Source: Bacteroidota bacterium
GTDB lineage: Bacteria; Bacteroidota; Bacteroidia; Cytophagales; Spirosomataceae
Length of the DNA stretch: 64,000 nt
Assembly (NCBI GenBank): GCA_039805345.1
Contig: JBDLUL010000014.1
Location: forward strand, 3,401 to 67,400
Direction of reading: 5' to 3'
Numbering within the stretch: the stretch's first letter is position 1; each line of letters opens with the position of its first letter. Made by a program: the position numbers and the translations under genes. Below the pieces are notes generated by a model. The model had not been told where the DNA came from, searched no databases, and saw only the letters and a list, made by a program, of their open reading frames with translations. This document shows, in pieces, positions 50,838 through 60,680 of the stretch.

Positions 50838-51442
50838 GGATTTTTTTCTCCTGCAGGAATACGCATGCTTAGCTGATTTTCCTTAGGCGGTATGGGACAA
50901 GCAAAGGTCTTGTTATACGCACAATACGGAAAAAAAGCTTCGTTAAAGTCAATGCTTAGTTGATTGTCTTTTAATTTAGTTAGGGGTAACTCCAAATACC
51001 GACCGCCTCCATAGGTTTCTGTGGGGGCGGTTTTGTCTTTAAATGGAATGAAAAAATCTCCAGAATCATGTTGGTAAACAAGTAAATCCACATGCATTCC
51101 TGATACCTCCCCATGTGCTTTTCCAAATACCAAAAGTGAATCTGTCGAGCCGTCCGTCATTTGTAAACTGATTCGTTGAACCTTTTCATTTCGCTCGATT
51201 TCAAATGGAATAACCCAATTGGCTGAATATGGGAAATAGGTTAATCCTTTGAAATTAGCCTTATTAGGTATTGGGGATTCATCATCCGTTTTGAATTGCT
51301 CATCTTTAGCGAGTCGTTTTTCCACGATTTGAAGGGAATCTGCAGATGATTTAGCGGGTGCTTGAGATTGCTTAGGAAGGCTGAAGTAGATCAGTCCGCC
51401 AACAATCAAAATGAGAATCAGAATCCAACGGTTGAATTTCAT
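50834..51442 (-). CDS. DUF1684 domain protein
   Basis: ETYGGGRYL, DFNEAFFPYCAYN...CPIPP, AGEK. Confidence 0.9.
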   Translation of the reverse strand: MKFNRWILILILIVGGLIYFSLPKQSQAPAKSSADSLQIVEKRLAKDEQFKTDDESPIPNKANFKGLTYFPYSANWVIPFEIERNEKVQRISLQMTDGSTDSLLVFGKAHGEVSGMHVDLLVYQHDSGDFFIPFKDKTAPTETYGGGRYLELPLTKLKDNQLSIDFNEAFFPYCAYNKTFACPIPPKENQLSMRIPAGEKNP

Positions 51443-51488
51443 AGGAATGCGTGTAAATTTGGGTTCGTAAAAATATAAAATTAATTAC

Positions 51489-52079
51489 ATGTTTACAGGA
51501 ATTGTGGAATCGATGGGCGTTTTGGAAAGCAAACAAGCGCAAGGTACAAATGTTGATTTTTGGTTTTCGTCTTCTTTTACGGACGAATTGAAAATCGATC
51601 AGTCGCTCGCTCATAATGGTGTTTGCCTGACCGTTGTCGAAATTAAGTCCCCGCAATACCGTGTAACAGCGATTCAAGAGACCTTACAGAAAACTAATTT
51701 GGGAGATTTGACGCTGGGTCAAAAAGTTAATTTGGAACGTTGCATGTCGGCGAACGGTCGTTTCGATGGCCATATTGTCCAAGGTCATGTGGATTTAACA
51801 GGCATATGTACCTCTATCCTAACGCATGACGGTTCCTGGGAATACCACTTTCAATATCCTGCCGGTCATGTGACTGTGGAGAAAGGTTCGATTTGTGTTA
51901 ATGGCACGAGTTTAACGGTGGTGGAATCAGGAACGGATACGTTTTCTGTAGCGATTATTCCCTATACCTATGAACATACGATTTTCCACCAAATGAAGGT
52001 TGGTGATCGTGTGAACCTTGAATTCGATATTCTTGGAAAGTATATGCAGAAATTATTGGCTAAGCAATTAGCTCAATAG
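51489..52079 (+). CDS. ribE: Riboflavin synthase (alpha chain)
   Basis: MFTGIVE, NGVCLTV, GHIVQGHVD, VNLEFD. Confidence 0.96.
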   Translation: MFTGIVESMGVLESKQAQGTNVDFWFSSSFTDELKIDQSLAHNGVCLTVVEIKSPQYRVTAIQETLQKTNLGDLTLGQKVNLERCMSANGRFDGHIVQGHVDLTGICTSILTHDGSWEYHFQYPAGHVTVEKGSICVNGTSLTVVESGTDTFSVAIIPYTYEHTIFHQMKVGDRVNLEFDILGKYMQKLLAKQLAQ

Positions 52080-53408
52080 GTTATCAACCGCATTTTCTAC
52101 TTTTTCAAAACCGAAACGGCTCCAAACGCTATCTTTTTGGGCTTGAATTTCATTCAGTCCTAAATTGCCAATACTGCCTAAATGGGTGTGATTGATTTCG
52201 CGGCTACTGCCATTGAATTCGCCAGCTTCAATCATTTTTCCCACCTGAACATATGCCTCCCGGAAAGGCATTCCAGCTACGACTAGTTTATTTACTTCTT
52301 CGACAGAGAATAATAAATCGTATTTCGCATCTTTCAAAAGATCAGCCTTTACGTTCATATGCGTCACCATGTAATGGGTGATTTCCAGGCAATCTTTGAT
52401 TTCATCGATGGCAGGCATTAATAGTTCTTTTGTCAATTGGAATTCCCTGTGATAACCAGATGGAAGATTACTCATGAGCAATTGCATTTGATTCGGAGCC
52501 GCCTTGAGTTTATTTGATTTGCCGCGTAATAATTCGGCGACATCGGGATTCTTTTTATGTGGCATGATCGAACTTCCTGTCGTTAAGGAACTTGGTAATT
52601 CGATGAAGCCAAAGTTTTGTGAATTGTATAAACATACATCCATTGCCAAACGGCTCAACGTTGTTGCGATTTGACTGATGGCATTTAATACATAAAATTC
52701 CGTTTTGCCACGGGACATTTGGGCATTCACAACATTCACGTGGGGTGCTTCAAAACCCAATAAAACAGTGGTTAATTTCCTGTCTAAGGGGAAAGAAGAA
52801 CCATAACCGGCTCCTGAACCCAAGGGGTTTTTATTCGCTAAACGAAAGGCTGCCTCCAACAATTCAGCGTCTTCCACCAAACATTCCGCATAAGCGCCGA
52901 ACCATAATCCAAAAGATGATGGCATGGCAATTTGCAAATGCGTATAGCCGGGTAATAAATCGTTTTTATGTGCTTCGCTTTTCGTCAATAATAGATCGAA
53001 TAAATCTTCCACCGCATCTGCGATTTCCATGATTTCTGCCCGCATGAACAATTTCAAATCCACTAAGACTTGGTCGTTTCGAGAACGCCCCGCATGGATT
53101 TTCTTACCTAAATCACCGAGTTTCTTCGTTAACAAATATTCGATTTGGGAATGGACATCCTCCATGCCTTCTTCGATGACGAAGGTCCCATCTTCGATGG
53201 TTTTCAAGATATTTTTGAGTTCGACACATAGGGGTTCGAGCTCTTCTGCAGGCAATAAACCTACGTGTTCGAGCATCGTAATGTGCGCGAGCGATCCCAT
53301 GACGTCGTAGCGCGCCAATTGCAAATCGTATACAGGGTCGTTACCAATCGTGAATTGTTCAATGATTGCGTCTGTTACTTGATTTTCTTTTTGCCAAAGT
53401 TTTGCCAC
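52068..53408 (-). CDS. argH: Argininosuccinate lyase
   Basis: HAGRSRNDQ, PGYTHLQ, GSSIMPHKKNPD. Confidence 0.97.
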   Translation of the reverse strand: MAKLWQKENQVTDAIIEQFTIGNDPVYDLQLARYDVMGSLAHITMLEHVGLLPAEELEPLCVELKNILKTIEDGTFVIEEGMEDVHSQIEYLLTKKLGDLGKKIHAGRSRNDQVLVDLKLFMRAEIMEIADAVEDLFDLLLTKSEAHKNDLLPGYTHLQIAMPSSFGLWFGAYAECLVEDAELLEAAFRLANKNPLGSGAGYGSSFPLDRKLTTVLLGFEAPHVNVVNAQMSRGKTEFYVLNAISQIATTLSRLAMDVCLYNSQNFGFIELPSSLTTGSSIMPHKKNPDVAELLRGKSNKLKAAPNQMQLLMSNLPSGYHREFQLTKELLMPAIDEIKDCLEITHYMVTHMNVKADLLKDAKYDLLFSVEEVNKLVVAGMPFREAYVQVGKMIEAGEFNGSSREINHTHLGSIGNLGLNEIQAQKDSVWSRFGFEKVENAVDNLLS

Positions 53409-53415
53409 GATCGTT

Positions 53416-54480
53416 TTAGATTAATTGTGATAATATATGCTGATAGGTTTGAATTCCCTGCTTCAGTTCTTCTAAATAAATAAATTCATCCGCCGTATGG
53501 CTTCTGCCGGAATGTCCTGGGCCAATTTTTACGGAAGGGAAATGCATTAATGCCTGGTCCGATAGGGTAGGTGATCCGAAGGTAGTAATCCCTAAAGCAG
53601 CAGCTGCTGCGAGAACCGGATGTCCATCGGGGATTTTACTGGATTGTAAACGGATGCTCCGTGGGGTCAATTCCGCTTGAACGAGACCTCGTAAAATTTC
53701 GAGTACCTGTTCTAAGGAATAACATTCATTGACCCGACAATCTATCGTATAGTGACACAGGTCGGGAACCACATTATGTTGTTTGCCCGCATTGATTACC
53801 GTAACGGTGCATTTAACCGGTCCAAGTACCGGTGAAACTTCCGGAAACTCAAACGACTTAATTTTGTTGATATCTTCCAATGCGAGGTATATCGCATTCA
53901 CGCCCTCATTCCGAGCTGCATGGCCTGCTATGCCTTTAACTTCTGCGTCAATCACCATTAAACCTTTCTCAGCGATAGCTAATTGGCAATCCGTCGGTTC
54001 CCCTACAATCGCCCAAGCAATTTTAGGGAATTCCGCTGATTTTAACACGGATTCGATGCCCCCGGTTCCGGAGATCTCTTCTTCCGCTGTTGCTGCTAAT
54101 ACTAAATTGAATGGTAATCTATGTTCATAAAAAGAACAAAAAGTGGCAATCAGCGCTACTAAACTCGCGCCTGCATCATTAACCCCCAATCCAATCATTT
54201 GACCATCTTGAATCGTAGCCGCATAGGGTTCATAGGTCCAGGATGCATTAGGTTTCACCGTGTCATGATGGGAGTTTAACAAGATATTGGGTTTACTCGG
54301 ATCGAAGTGCTTATTCGTTGCCCAGACATTATTTCCAAGGGTATGAAACGAAATGTTTCTAGCGCGCAAAAAATCCTGAATGATTGTCGACGTTCCTTGT
54401 TCTTCCCGACTTAATGAAGGGCAACTAACAAGCTGCGCGAGCAGATTTTGAGCATCTAGAAATTGTTGGTCCGTATACAT
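53416..54480 (-). CDS. argE: M20 family deacylase (ArgE-like)
   Basis: LNSHHDTV, GVNDAG, AEEE, VGEPT, SHTADE; within the arg operon. Confidence 0.85.
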   Translation of the reverse strand: MYTDQQFLDAQNLLAQLVSCPSLSREEQGTSTIIQDFLRARNISFHTLGNNVWATNKHFDPSKPNILLNSHHDTVKPNASWTYEPYAATIQDGQMIGLGVNDAGASLVALIATFCSFYEHRLPFNLVLAATAEEEISGTGGIESVLKSAEFPKIAWAIVGEPTDCQLAIAEKGLMVIDAEVKGIAGHAARNEGVNAIYLALEDINKIKSFEFPEVSPVLGPVKCTVTVINAGKQHNVVPDLCHYTIDCRVNECYSLEQVLEILRGLVQAELTPRSIRLQSSKIPDGHPVLAAAAALGITTFGSPTLSDQALMHFPSVKIGPGHSGRSHTADEFIYLEELKQGIQTYQHILSQLI

Positions 54481-55260
54481 TTATGCTTGAATCATAGTGC
54501 CTTTCTCGGGCTGTGAAACAAAATCTGCATGGCAAAGACGAACGGTTTGAACGCCGAGTGCGATGGCTTTTAAGGCATTTTCAAGCTTAGGAATCATGCC
54601 TGCCGATACGATGCCCGCTGCTTTTAATTGAGCAAAATTTGCCTGATTAATCTGTGGAATCACCGAATTATCATCGTTAGGGTCCATTAAAACGCCTTGC
54701 TTTTCGAAGCAATACGTTAAGGTGACGTCAAAATATTCACTTAAGCCAATCGCCAAGGCCTGCGCCATGGTATCCGCATTGGTGTTGAGGAGTTGGCCTG
54801 CAACATCTGCCGTAATCGGAGCGAAAACAGGACTAAATCCTGCCGAAATCAAACCTGCTAATGCTTGTGCGTTGATATGTTCAATATCCCCTACAAATCC
54901 ATAATCAATGGGTTCTGAATTTCTTTTTTTCGAAACCACAAATGCTCCATCTGGACCAGCCAATCCGATGGCATTGCATTCCAATGTTTGCAAGGAAGCA
55001 ACGATGGATTTATTAATCCATCCCGCATAGACCATGGTGACAATTCGAAGGCTATCGGCATCTGTCACGCGCCGACCGTCAATCATTTGACTTTGGATAC
55101 CTAATTCGGCTGCCATGGATGTTGCGATTTTACCGCCTCCATGGACAAGTAATTTGGGGCCTTGGATTGATGCGAAACTGGCAAGAAAGGAAGCTAGTGC
55201 TTCGGGAGCATCGATGATGTTCCCGCCAATTTTGACAATATGTAAGGCCTGTTTCGACAT
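54481..55260 (-). CDS. argB: Acylglutamate kinase (start set at MSKQ, TAATG overlap)
   Basis: VKIGG, VHGGG, GRRVTD, NTNAD, GMIPKL. Confidence 0.95.
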   Translation of the reverse strand: MSKQALHIVKIGGNIIDAPEALASFLASFASIQGPKLLVHGGGKIATSMAAELGIQSQMIDGRRVTDADSLRIVTMVYAGWINKSIVASLQTLECNAIGLAGPDGAFVVSKKRNSEPIDYGFVGDIEHINAQALAGLISAGFSPVFAPITADVAGQLLNTNADTMAQALAIGLSEYFDVTLTYCFEKQGVLMDPNDDNSVIPQINQANFAQLKAAGIVSAGMIPKLENALKAIALGVQTVRLCHADFVSQPEKGTMIQA

Positions 55261-56234
55261 TAGAATAAATATGGACTTTCCACCCGCATTTGGGTTAATA
55301 AGATTTCTTTTAAGACTGTTTGTGCTGCCCAAACCCGGTTTCCTGCTTGTTGGACGACAATCGAATTTGCTGAATCAATCACTGCATCATCTACAACGAC
55401 GTTCCGACGAACGGGTAGGCAATGCATGAATTTCGCATTATTCGTTAATTTCATTTTCTCTTCACTGACGGTCCATGCGGGGTCAGATGAAAGAATTTTG
55501 CCATAATCCTCATAGGAAGACCAGTTTTTGGCATAGATAAAGTCGGCTCCTTCGAAAGCCTCCTTGGGGTCATAACAGATCTTTGCATTCCCTGAAAATT
55601 CAGGTGCTAATTCATAGCCTTTCGGATGTGCGATGGTAAAGTCTACATTCGCAATATTCATCCATTCCGCGAATGAATTAGGTACACATTGTGGTAATGC
55701 TTTTACGTGAGGCGCCCAAGTCAAAACTACTTTAGGGCGTTCCACTGTTTTATATTCGGTGATTGTAATTAAGTCGGTCAGCGATTGCAACGGGTGGCGT
55801 GTTGCCGACTCCAAGCTTACGATGGGTTTTCCGGTAAATTTCATGAATTGTTTTAAGACCAATTCAGAATAATCGTATTCTCTGTCTACGAGTCCAGGAA
55901 AGCTTCTAACACCTACGATATCACAGTATTGACCAATTACTGCAGCCGCTTCCGATACGTGTTCTGCTTTGTCGCCATTCATGATCACGCCTTCGTTCAT
56001 TTCCAATTGCCAGGAATCTGCCCCCACATTCATCACCATCACATCCATTCCTAAATTTTGTGCCGCCTTCTGAGTGGACAAACGGGTCCGTAAACTGGAA
56101 TTAAAGAACAACAAGCCCATAGTCTTATTCTTCCCCAAATGCTTGTCGGCATAGGGCATCTTTTTCATCAACAAAGCTTCATTTACGAGTTTGTCAATGT
56201 TGTACGCGTCTTTAACGGATGTAAAATGCTGCAT
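55260..56234 (-). CDS. argF: N-acyl(succinyl)ornithine carbamoyltransferase ArgF'
   Basis: NSSLRT, HPLQ, TWAPH, YAKNW, HCLPVRR. Confidence 0.92.
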   Translation of the reverse strand: MQHFTSVKDAYNIDKLVNEALLMKKMPYADKHLGKNKTMGLLFFNSSLRTRLSTQKAAQNLGMDVMVMNVGADSWQLEMNEGVIMNGDKAEHVSEAAAVIGQYCDIVGVRSFPGLVDREYDYSELVLKQFMKFTGKPIVSLESATRHPLQSLTDLITITEYKTVERPKVVLTWAPHVKALPQCVPNSFAEWMNIANVDFTIAHPKGYELAPEFSGNAKICYDPKEAFEGADFIYAKNWSSYEDYGKILSSDPAWTVSEEKMKLTNNAKFMHCLPVRRNVVVDDAVIDSANSIVVQQAGNRVWAAQTVLKEILLTQMRVESPYLF

Positions 56235-56307
56235 ATAAGGGGTGGTCCGAAGACCTTAGGATATTGGCAATTTGGTAAAATTACCATTTTTACGAGATAA
56301 ATGAAAT

Positions 56308-56877
56308 TTATCGGTGGCGTTCCCAGGTGAAAACTTGCATGGGTGTTTCGAGTTCGAGTTTTTTCTCACCTGTCTGAACGAATTGATTTTTCGCCAAGAC
56401 CCGTTGAGATCCCATATTATCCACAGGCGTTTCAGCCCGTAGGATTTGCAAACCTTCATCTTGAAATGCCCAAGCGGATAAAGCTTGGACAGCTTCGGTT
56501 GCAATTCCTTGACCTTCAAATTTCTGGTCGATGGCATAGCCTATTTCGGTTGTGCCATGATTATCAGGAAGCCCAGCAAATCCGATTCCCCCTACAGAGC
56601 AGGACGCCGAGTTGAGGATAATTTCCCAATTTGTGTACCAGAAAAAGTCCAACGGGAATTTAGCGGTTTGAGGAATCCAATAATCGCTTAAGGCTTGTAG
56701 CATTTCCTGTTCATAAAACAATCCCAATTTCCAAGGGTTATGCTTTAGTTCTAGTATTTTTTCTAGATCTTTGCGCCCCTTTTGTTTCCATACTTGCAAA
56801 TGCTGATTTGTCAGTGGAATCAAGGTTAGTCTTTGGGTTTGAACTTGAATGGTCATATTGGGCAACAAATTATCCAT
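56308..56877 (-). CDS. RimJ/RimL-type GNAT N-acetyltransferase (start 56877 or 56856)
   Basis: TQRLTLIP, EIGYAI, GQGIATEA, NMGSQRVL. Confidence 0.85.
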   Translation of the reverse strand: MDNLLPNMTIQVQTQRLTLIPLTNQHLQVWKQKGRKDLEKILELKHNPWKLGLFYEQEMLQALSDYWIPQTAKFPLDFFWYTNWEIILNSASCSVGGIGFAGLPDNHGTTEIGYAIDQKFEGQGIATEAVQALSAWAFQDEGLQILRAETPVDNMGSQRVLAKNQFVQTGEKKLELETPMQVFTWERHR

Positions 56878-56955
56878 TTTGGTCGCAAAATAAAAGGCCT
56901 TTAACTTATAAGTACGAATTTTGCATTCGTAAAATACGATTTTAACAAACAAACA

Positions 56956-59559
56956 ATGAAACAAATTATTACGCTATTCGCATTTATGCTCTTGTCCTTT
57001 TCTGCTATCTCGCAGATTCCTGGCGGCATGGGAGGATTCGGTGCAGCGCCAAAGAAAGAAGCTGTTATTCCGGGAACTGCGCAAGCAACTTCAAAAGGTT
57101 CCGCTAAAATTGTCGGTTATGTTTTGGATTCCACAGATACGAAACCTGTTGAATTTGCCTCAGTAGCCTTAATCAACAAAGCAACGAATCGTCCGGTCGA
57201 TGGAGCATCTGCTGATTTGGTAGGTAAGTTTGTTCTTAATAAAGTAGCTCAAGGGGAGTATAAATTGGTCATCTCGTTTATCGGTTATGAAAGCAAGACC
57301 TTATTTGTTTCCATCAATGCGAAGAATGATGACCATGATTTAGGTGTGATCAAATTACCCGCAAGCACCAAGATGCTGGCGGAAGTAACGGTGGAAGGCC
57401 AACGTGCCATGATTGAGGAGCGTGTGGATCGTACCGTTTATAATGCAGAAAAAGATGCAACGAATAAAGGGGGTGATGCAACCGATGTATTGAAAAAGGT
57501 TCCGATGTTATCCGTTGATTTAGATGGAAATCCTTCTTTACGTGGTTCATCTAACGTGAAGGTGTTGATTAATAATAAGCCTTCGACCATTATGGCTTCG
57601 AGTATTGCGGATGCCTTGAAGCAAATTCCAGCGGATATGATTAAGACGGTAGAAGTAATTACTTCGCCATCTGCTAAATATGATGCAGAAGGTTCTGCTG
57701 GTATCATCAACATCGTTACGAAGAAAAATACCTTGCAAGGATTGACGTTAAGTTTTGATACAAGTGCCGGTGTGCGTGGATCGAACCTAGCGTTGAATGG
57801 AAATTTCCGAAATAAGAACTGGGGCCTTTCGTTGGGTGGTTTTGGTCGTACCGAATACAATGTCAACGGAAAGTTTGAAAGTACACAGATTACACAAAAT
57901 AATGGTGTTGAAACGCGTAACGTTCAATCAGCAGAAACGCGCAGAGAAGGAATTTTTGGTAACTACCAACTAGGTTTTGATTGGGATATCAACAAATACA
58001 ATTCAGTGACTTCCAATGTGCGCTTTGGTTTGCGTAACGGAAATAATTGGCAGGATGGTCTTTCTCAGGTTCGAAACAATGTGTTGACGAGTTTGCGTAA
58101 TACAAATTCTCAAGATCAATCTGCGAACGTAGACGTCAATGTCGATTACACCAAGACCTTTGCAAAGGCGCAAAAAGAATTTTCTGTTTTGTCGATGTAC
58201 AGTCGCAATAATCGGACAAATGATTTTTACAATTTGATCATGAATCCGAATTCGAATATGAGTGAAATCATGAGTTCAATTAAAAACGCGAATGATGCAT
58301 ATAATGAGGAGGCAACGATTCAAATGGATTATCAAACGCCGATTAACAAAATGTCCATGATTGAGTTTGGCGCCAAGGCGATTACTCGAAATGTAACTTC
58401 AGATTATAAGTCTTTTACGGCGGGAACTGACGGTGTTTATGCCTTGGTTAACTTAGCTTCTTTGCCAAGTAACGTATTCGATTACAACCAGAACATTTGG
58501 GGAACTTATGGATCTTATACCTTAACGACAAAAAATAAGTGGAGCATTAAAGCAGGAGCTCGTTATGAGCATACGGATATCTCGGCGAGTTTCTTGAAGA
58601 AAGAAGGTCAAAATACGGTTATTCCTCCTTATGGCGTTTTGGTTCCGAGTTTCAACATGTCGAAGACGTTTAAGTCGGGAACATGGAGATTCAGCTACAA
58701 CCGTCGTATTCAACGTCCGGGTATCGAAAACTTGAACCCGAACGTGAATGCGTCCAACCCATTGAACATCTCAACAGGTAATCCAAATTTGGCACCTGAG
58801 TACACAAACAACTATGAGATCTCATACAGCAAGTTTGTGAAGCAAACCTATATTTCGACAGCAATTTTTATGCGTAATACAACGGGTGCAATCAATCGTA
58901 TTCGTGAAGTGCGTGGGGATACCGTGAAAACGACATCGCAGAACATTGGTAATGAAGATGCTTATGGTATGAACATTAACCTGAATGTTAATTTGTCAAA
59001 TAAATTGATGCTTGGTGGAGGCGGAGATTTGTCTTACATGGTGTTAGCTAATAATGTGGCAGATCCATTGCTTTCGGCAAAGAATGAAGGTTTACAGTCC
59101 AACTTTAGAATATTTGGAAATTACACCATTGGAAACGGTTGGGGTGCTCAAATTTTCTCCTTTTACCGTGTTAATCAAGTTCAATTGCAGGGATCTCAAG
59201 GTGGATTTGGTATGTATAGCTTAAGTTTAAAGAAGGATTTCAAGAACAAGAAGGGTAGCATTGGATTTGGTGCAGAAAACTTCTTGACGCCGAATGGATT
59301 TATTATTCGAAACGAAACAAAGACAGCATCAATCAATCAGGTTTCTGAAAGTACGATGCGTAATATGAACTTCAAGATTAATTTCTCTTACCGAATCGGT
59401 AAAATGAGTTTTGGCCCACAAAAGAAGAAAAAGTCGGTAAATAACGACGATACAAAAGGTGGCGATGGTGATGCGGCTCCGGCAGCTCCCCAACAACCTA
59501 TGGGTATGCCTGGCATGCGTATGGGTGGAGGCGGTGGTGGCTTCGGCGGACCACGTTAA
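56956..59559 (+). CDS. TonB-dependent-type outer-membrane beta-barrel protein
   Basis: DRTVYN, VEVITSPSAKYDAEGSAGIINI, SYNRRIQRP, GNPNLAPE. Confidence 0.88.
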   Translation: MKQIITLFAFMLLSFSAISQIPGGMGGFGAAPKKEAVIPGTAQATSKGSAKIVGYVLDSTDTKPVEFASVALINKATNRPVDGASADLVGKFVLNKVAQGEYKLVISFIGYESKTLFVSINAKNDDHDLGVIKLPASTKMLAEVTVEGQRAMIEERVDRTVYNAEKDATNKGGDATDVLKKVPMLSVDLDGNPSLRGSSNVKVLINNKPSTIMASSIADALKQIPADMIKTVEVITSPSAKYDAEGSAGIINIVTKKNTLQGLTLSFDTSAGVRGSNLALNGNFRNKNWGLSLGGFGRTEYNVNGKFESTQITQNNGVETRNVQSAETRREGIFGNYQLGFDWDINKYNSVTSNVRFGLRNGNNWQDGLSQVRNNVLTSLRNTNSQDQSANVDVNVDYTKTFAKAQKEFSVLSMYSRNNRTNDFYNLIMNPNSNMSEIMSSIKNANDAYNEEATIQMDYQTPINKMSMIEFGAKAITRNVTSDYKSFTAGTDGVYALVNLASLPSNVFDYNQNIWGTYGSYTLTTKNKWSIKAGARYEHTDISASFLKKEGQNTVIPPYGVLVPSFNMSKTFKSGTWRFSYNRRIQRPGIENLNPNVNASNPLNISTGNPNLAPEYTNNYEISYSKFVKQTYISTAIFMRNTTGAINRIREVRGDTVKTTSQNIGNEDAYGMNINLNVNLSNKLMLGGGGDLSYMVLANNVADPLLSAKNEGLQSNFRIFGNYTIGNGWGAQIFSFYRVNQVQLQGSQGGFGMYSLSLKKDFKNKKGSIGFGAENFLTPNGFIIRNETKTASINQVSESTMRNMNFKINFSYRIGKMSFGPQKKKKSVNNDDTKGGDGDAAPAAPQQPMGMPGMRMGGGGGGFGGPR

Positions 59560-59577
59560 TCAAAGAATTATGATATG

Positions 59578-59607
59578 AAAAAGGAGGCTCAAAAGGCCTC
59601 CTTTTTT
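59578..59607. terminator. Bidirectional terminator
   Basis: AAAAAGGAGGC-tcaaaag-GCCTCCTTTTTT between convergent genes. Confidence 0.85.
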
Positions 59608-60580
59608 ATTTGTTACGTTCGATGGTGTAGTTAAGCAGATTTCCCAGGGATGTTCGGTAGGCCGAATCAGGGAATTGGCTGAGAATCTCTCGGGCTTCCT
59701 GTGCGAACTCCTGCATGCGTTGGGTGGCATAAGCGATGCCTCCGGTGGATTTAACAAACGCGATAACTTCTTTAACCTTTGCAGGATTGTCTGAATCATG
59801 CTTGATGGTTTTAATCATCTGCTTCCGCAAAGACCTCGTGGTGTTTTGAAGTGCATAGATTAAAGGCAAAGTCATTTTCTTTTCTTTGATATCGATGCCT
59901 AGGGGCTTCCCAATTTCAGCGTCACCGTAGTCAAATAAATCGTCTTTGATTTGAAAAGCGATACCTACTTTTTCGCCAAATTGATGTGCCATGTCGACGT
60001 ATTTTGCATCCGCATCCGTCGATTGTACGCCTACTGCACAACATGCGGCAATAAGTGTCGCCGTTTTCTTGCGAATAATATCAAAATAGACATCTTCTGT
60101 GATGTCCAATTTACGTGCTTTCTCGATTTGCAATAATTCACCTTCAGCCATCTCGCGAACTGCTGTGGAAACCGAAGTTAATAGGTCGAAATCTTTGTGG
60201 TCTACGGAAAGTAAGAGGCCTTTGGATAATAAATAGTCACCTACAAGTACCGCTATTTTATTTTTCCATACCGCATTGATGGAGAAAAATCCCCGACGGT
60301 AGTCGGATTCATCCACCACGTCATCGTGTACCAAAGTTGCTGTGTGCAATAACTCAATTAATGCCGCTCCTCGATATGTTTTTTCAGTGATTTCGCCCAC
60401 GCATCCTGCTGTTAAGAATACGAACATAGGACGCATTTGCTTGCCTTTCCGTTGGACAATGTAATTCATAATCGTGTCCAGCAGCATGACTTTCGTCTTC
60501 ATGAACTGCCTGAATTTCCCTTCAAATGCCTTCATGGGTTCCTCGATGGGCGCCTGAATAGATGAAAGCGAAATGGACAT
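59606..60580 (-). CDS. Long-chain polyprenyl diphosphate synthase (IspB-like)
   Basis: GKQMRP, HDDVVDESDYRRG, FQIKDDLFD, KKMTLP. Confidence 0.93.
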   Translation of the reverse strand: MSISLSSIQAPIEEPMKAFEGKFRQFMKTKVMLLDTIMNYIVQRKGKQMRPMFVFLTAGCVGEITEKTYRGAALIELLHTATLVHDDVVDESDYRRGFFSINAVWKNKIAVLVGDYLLSKGLLLSVDHKDFDLLTSVSTAVREMAEGELLQIEKARKLDITEDVYFDIIRKKTATLIAACCAVGVQSTDADAKYVDMAHQFGEKVGIAFQIKDDLFDYGDAEIGKPLGIDIKEKKMTLPLIYALQNTTRSLRKQMIKTIKHDSDNPAKVKEVIAFVKSTGGIAYATQRMQEFAQEAREILSQFPDSAYRTSLGNLLNYTIERNK

Positions 60581-60680
60581 AGAATTAAGTTTACGTGCTT
60601 GTTCGGCACATTTGGAAATTGTGTAAATTTAATCACAATTTGGGATAATTTAGCCCTGAGAATTAAATAATACGAAATTT

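Noticed and set aside
56308-56877. GNAT as the missing N-acylglutamate synthase
   Set aside because: The motifs are RimJ/RimL-type and argF' seems to have its own promoter; proximity alone is not enough.
6081-59607. Similar GGAG(G)CTC-containing hairpins at 6081, 11776 and 59578 as a REP-like family
   Set aside because: The similarity is only a few bases and each is explained as an ordinary intrinsic terminator.
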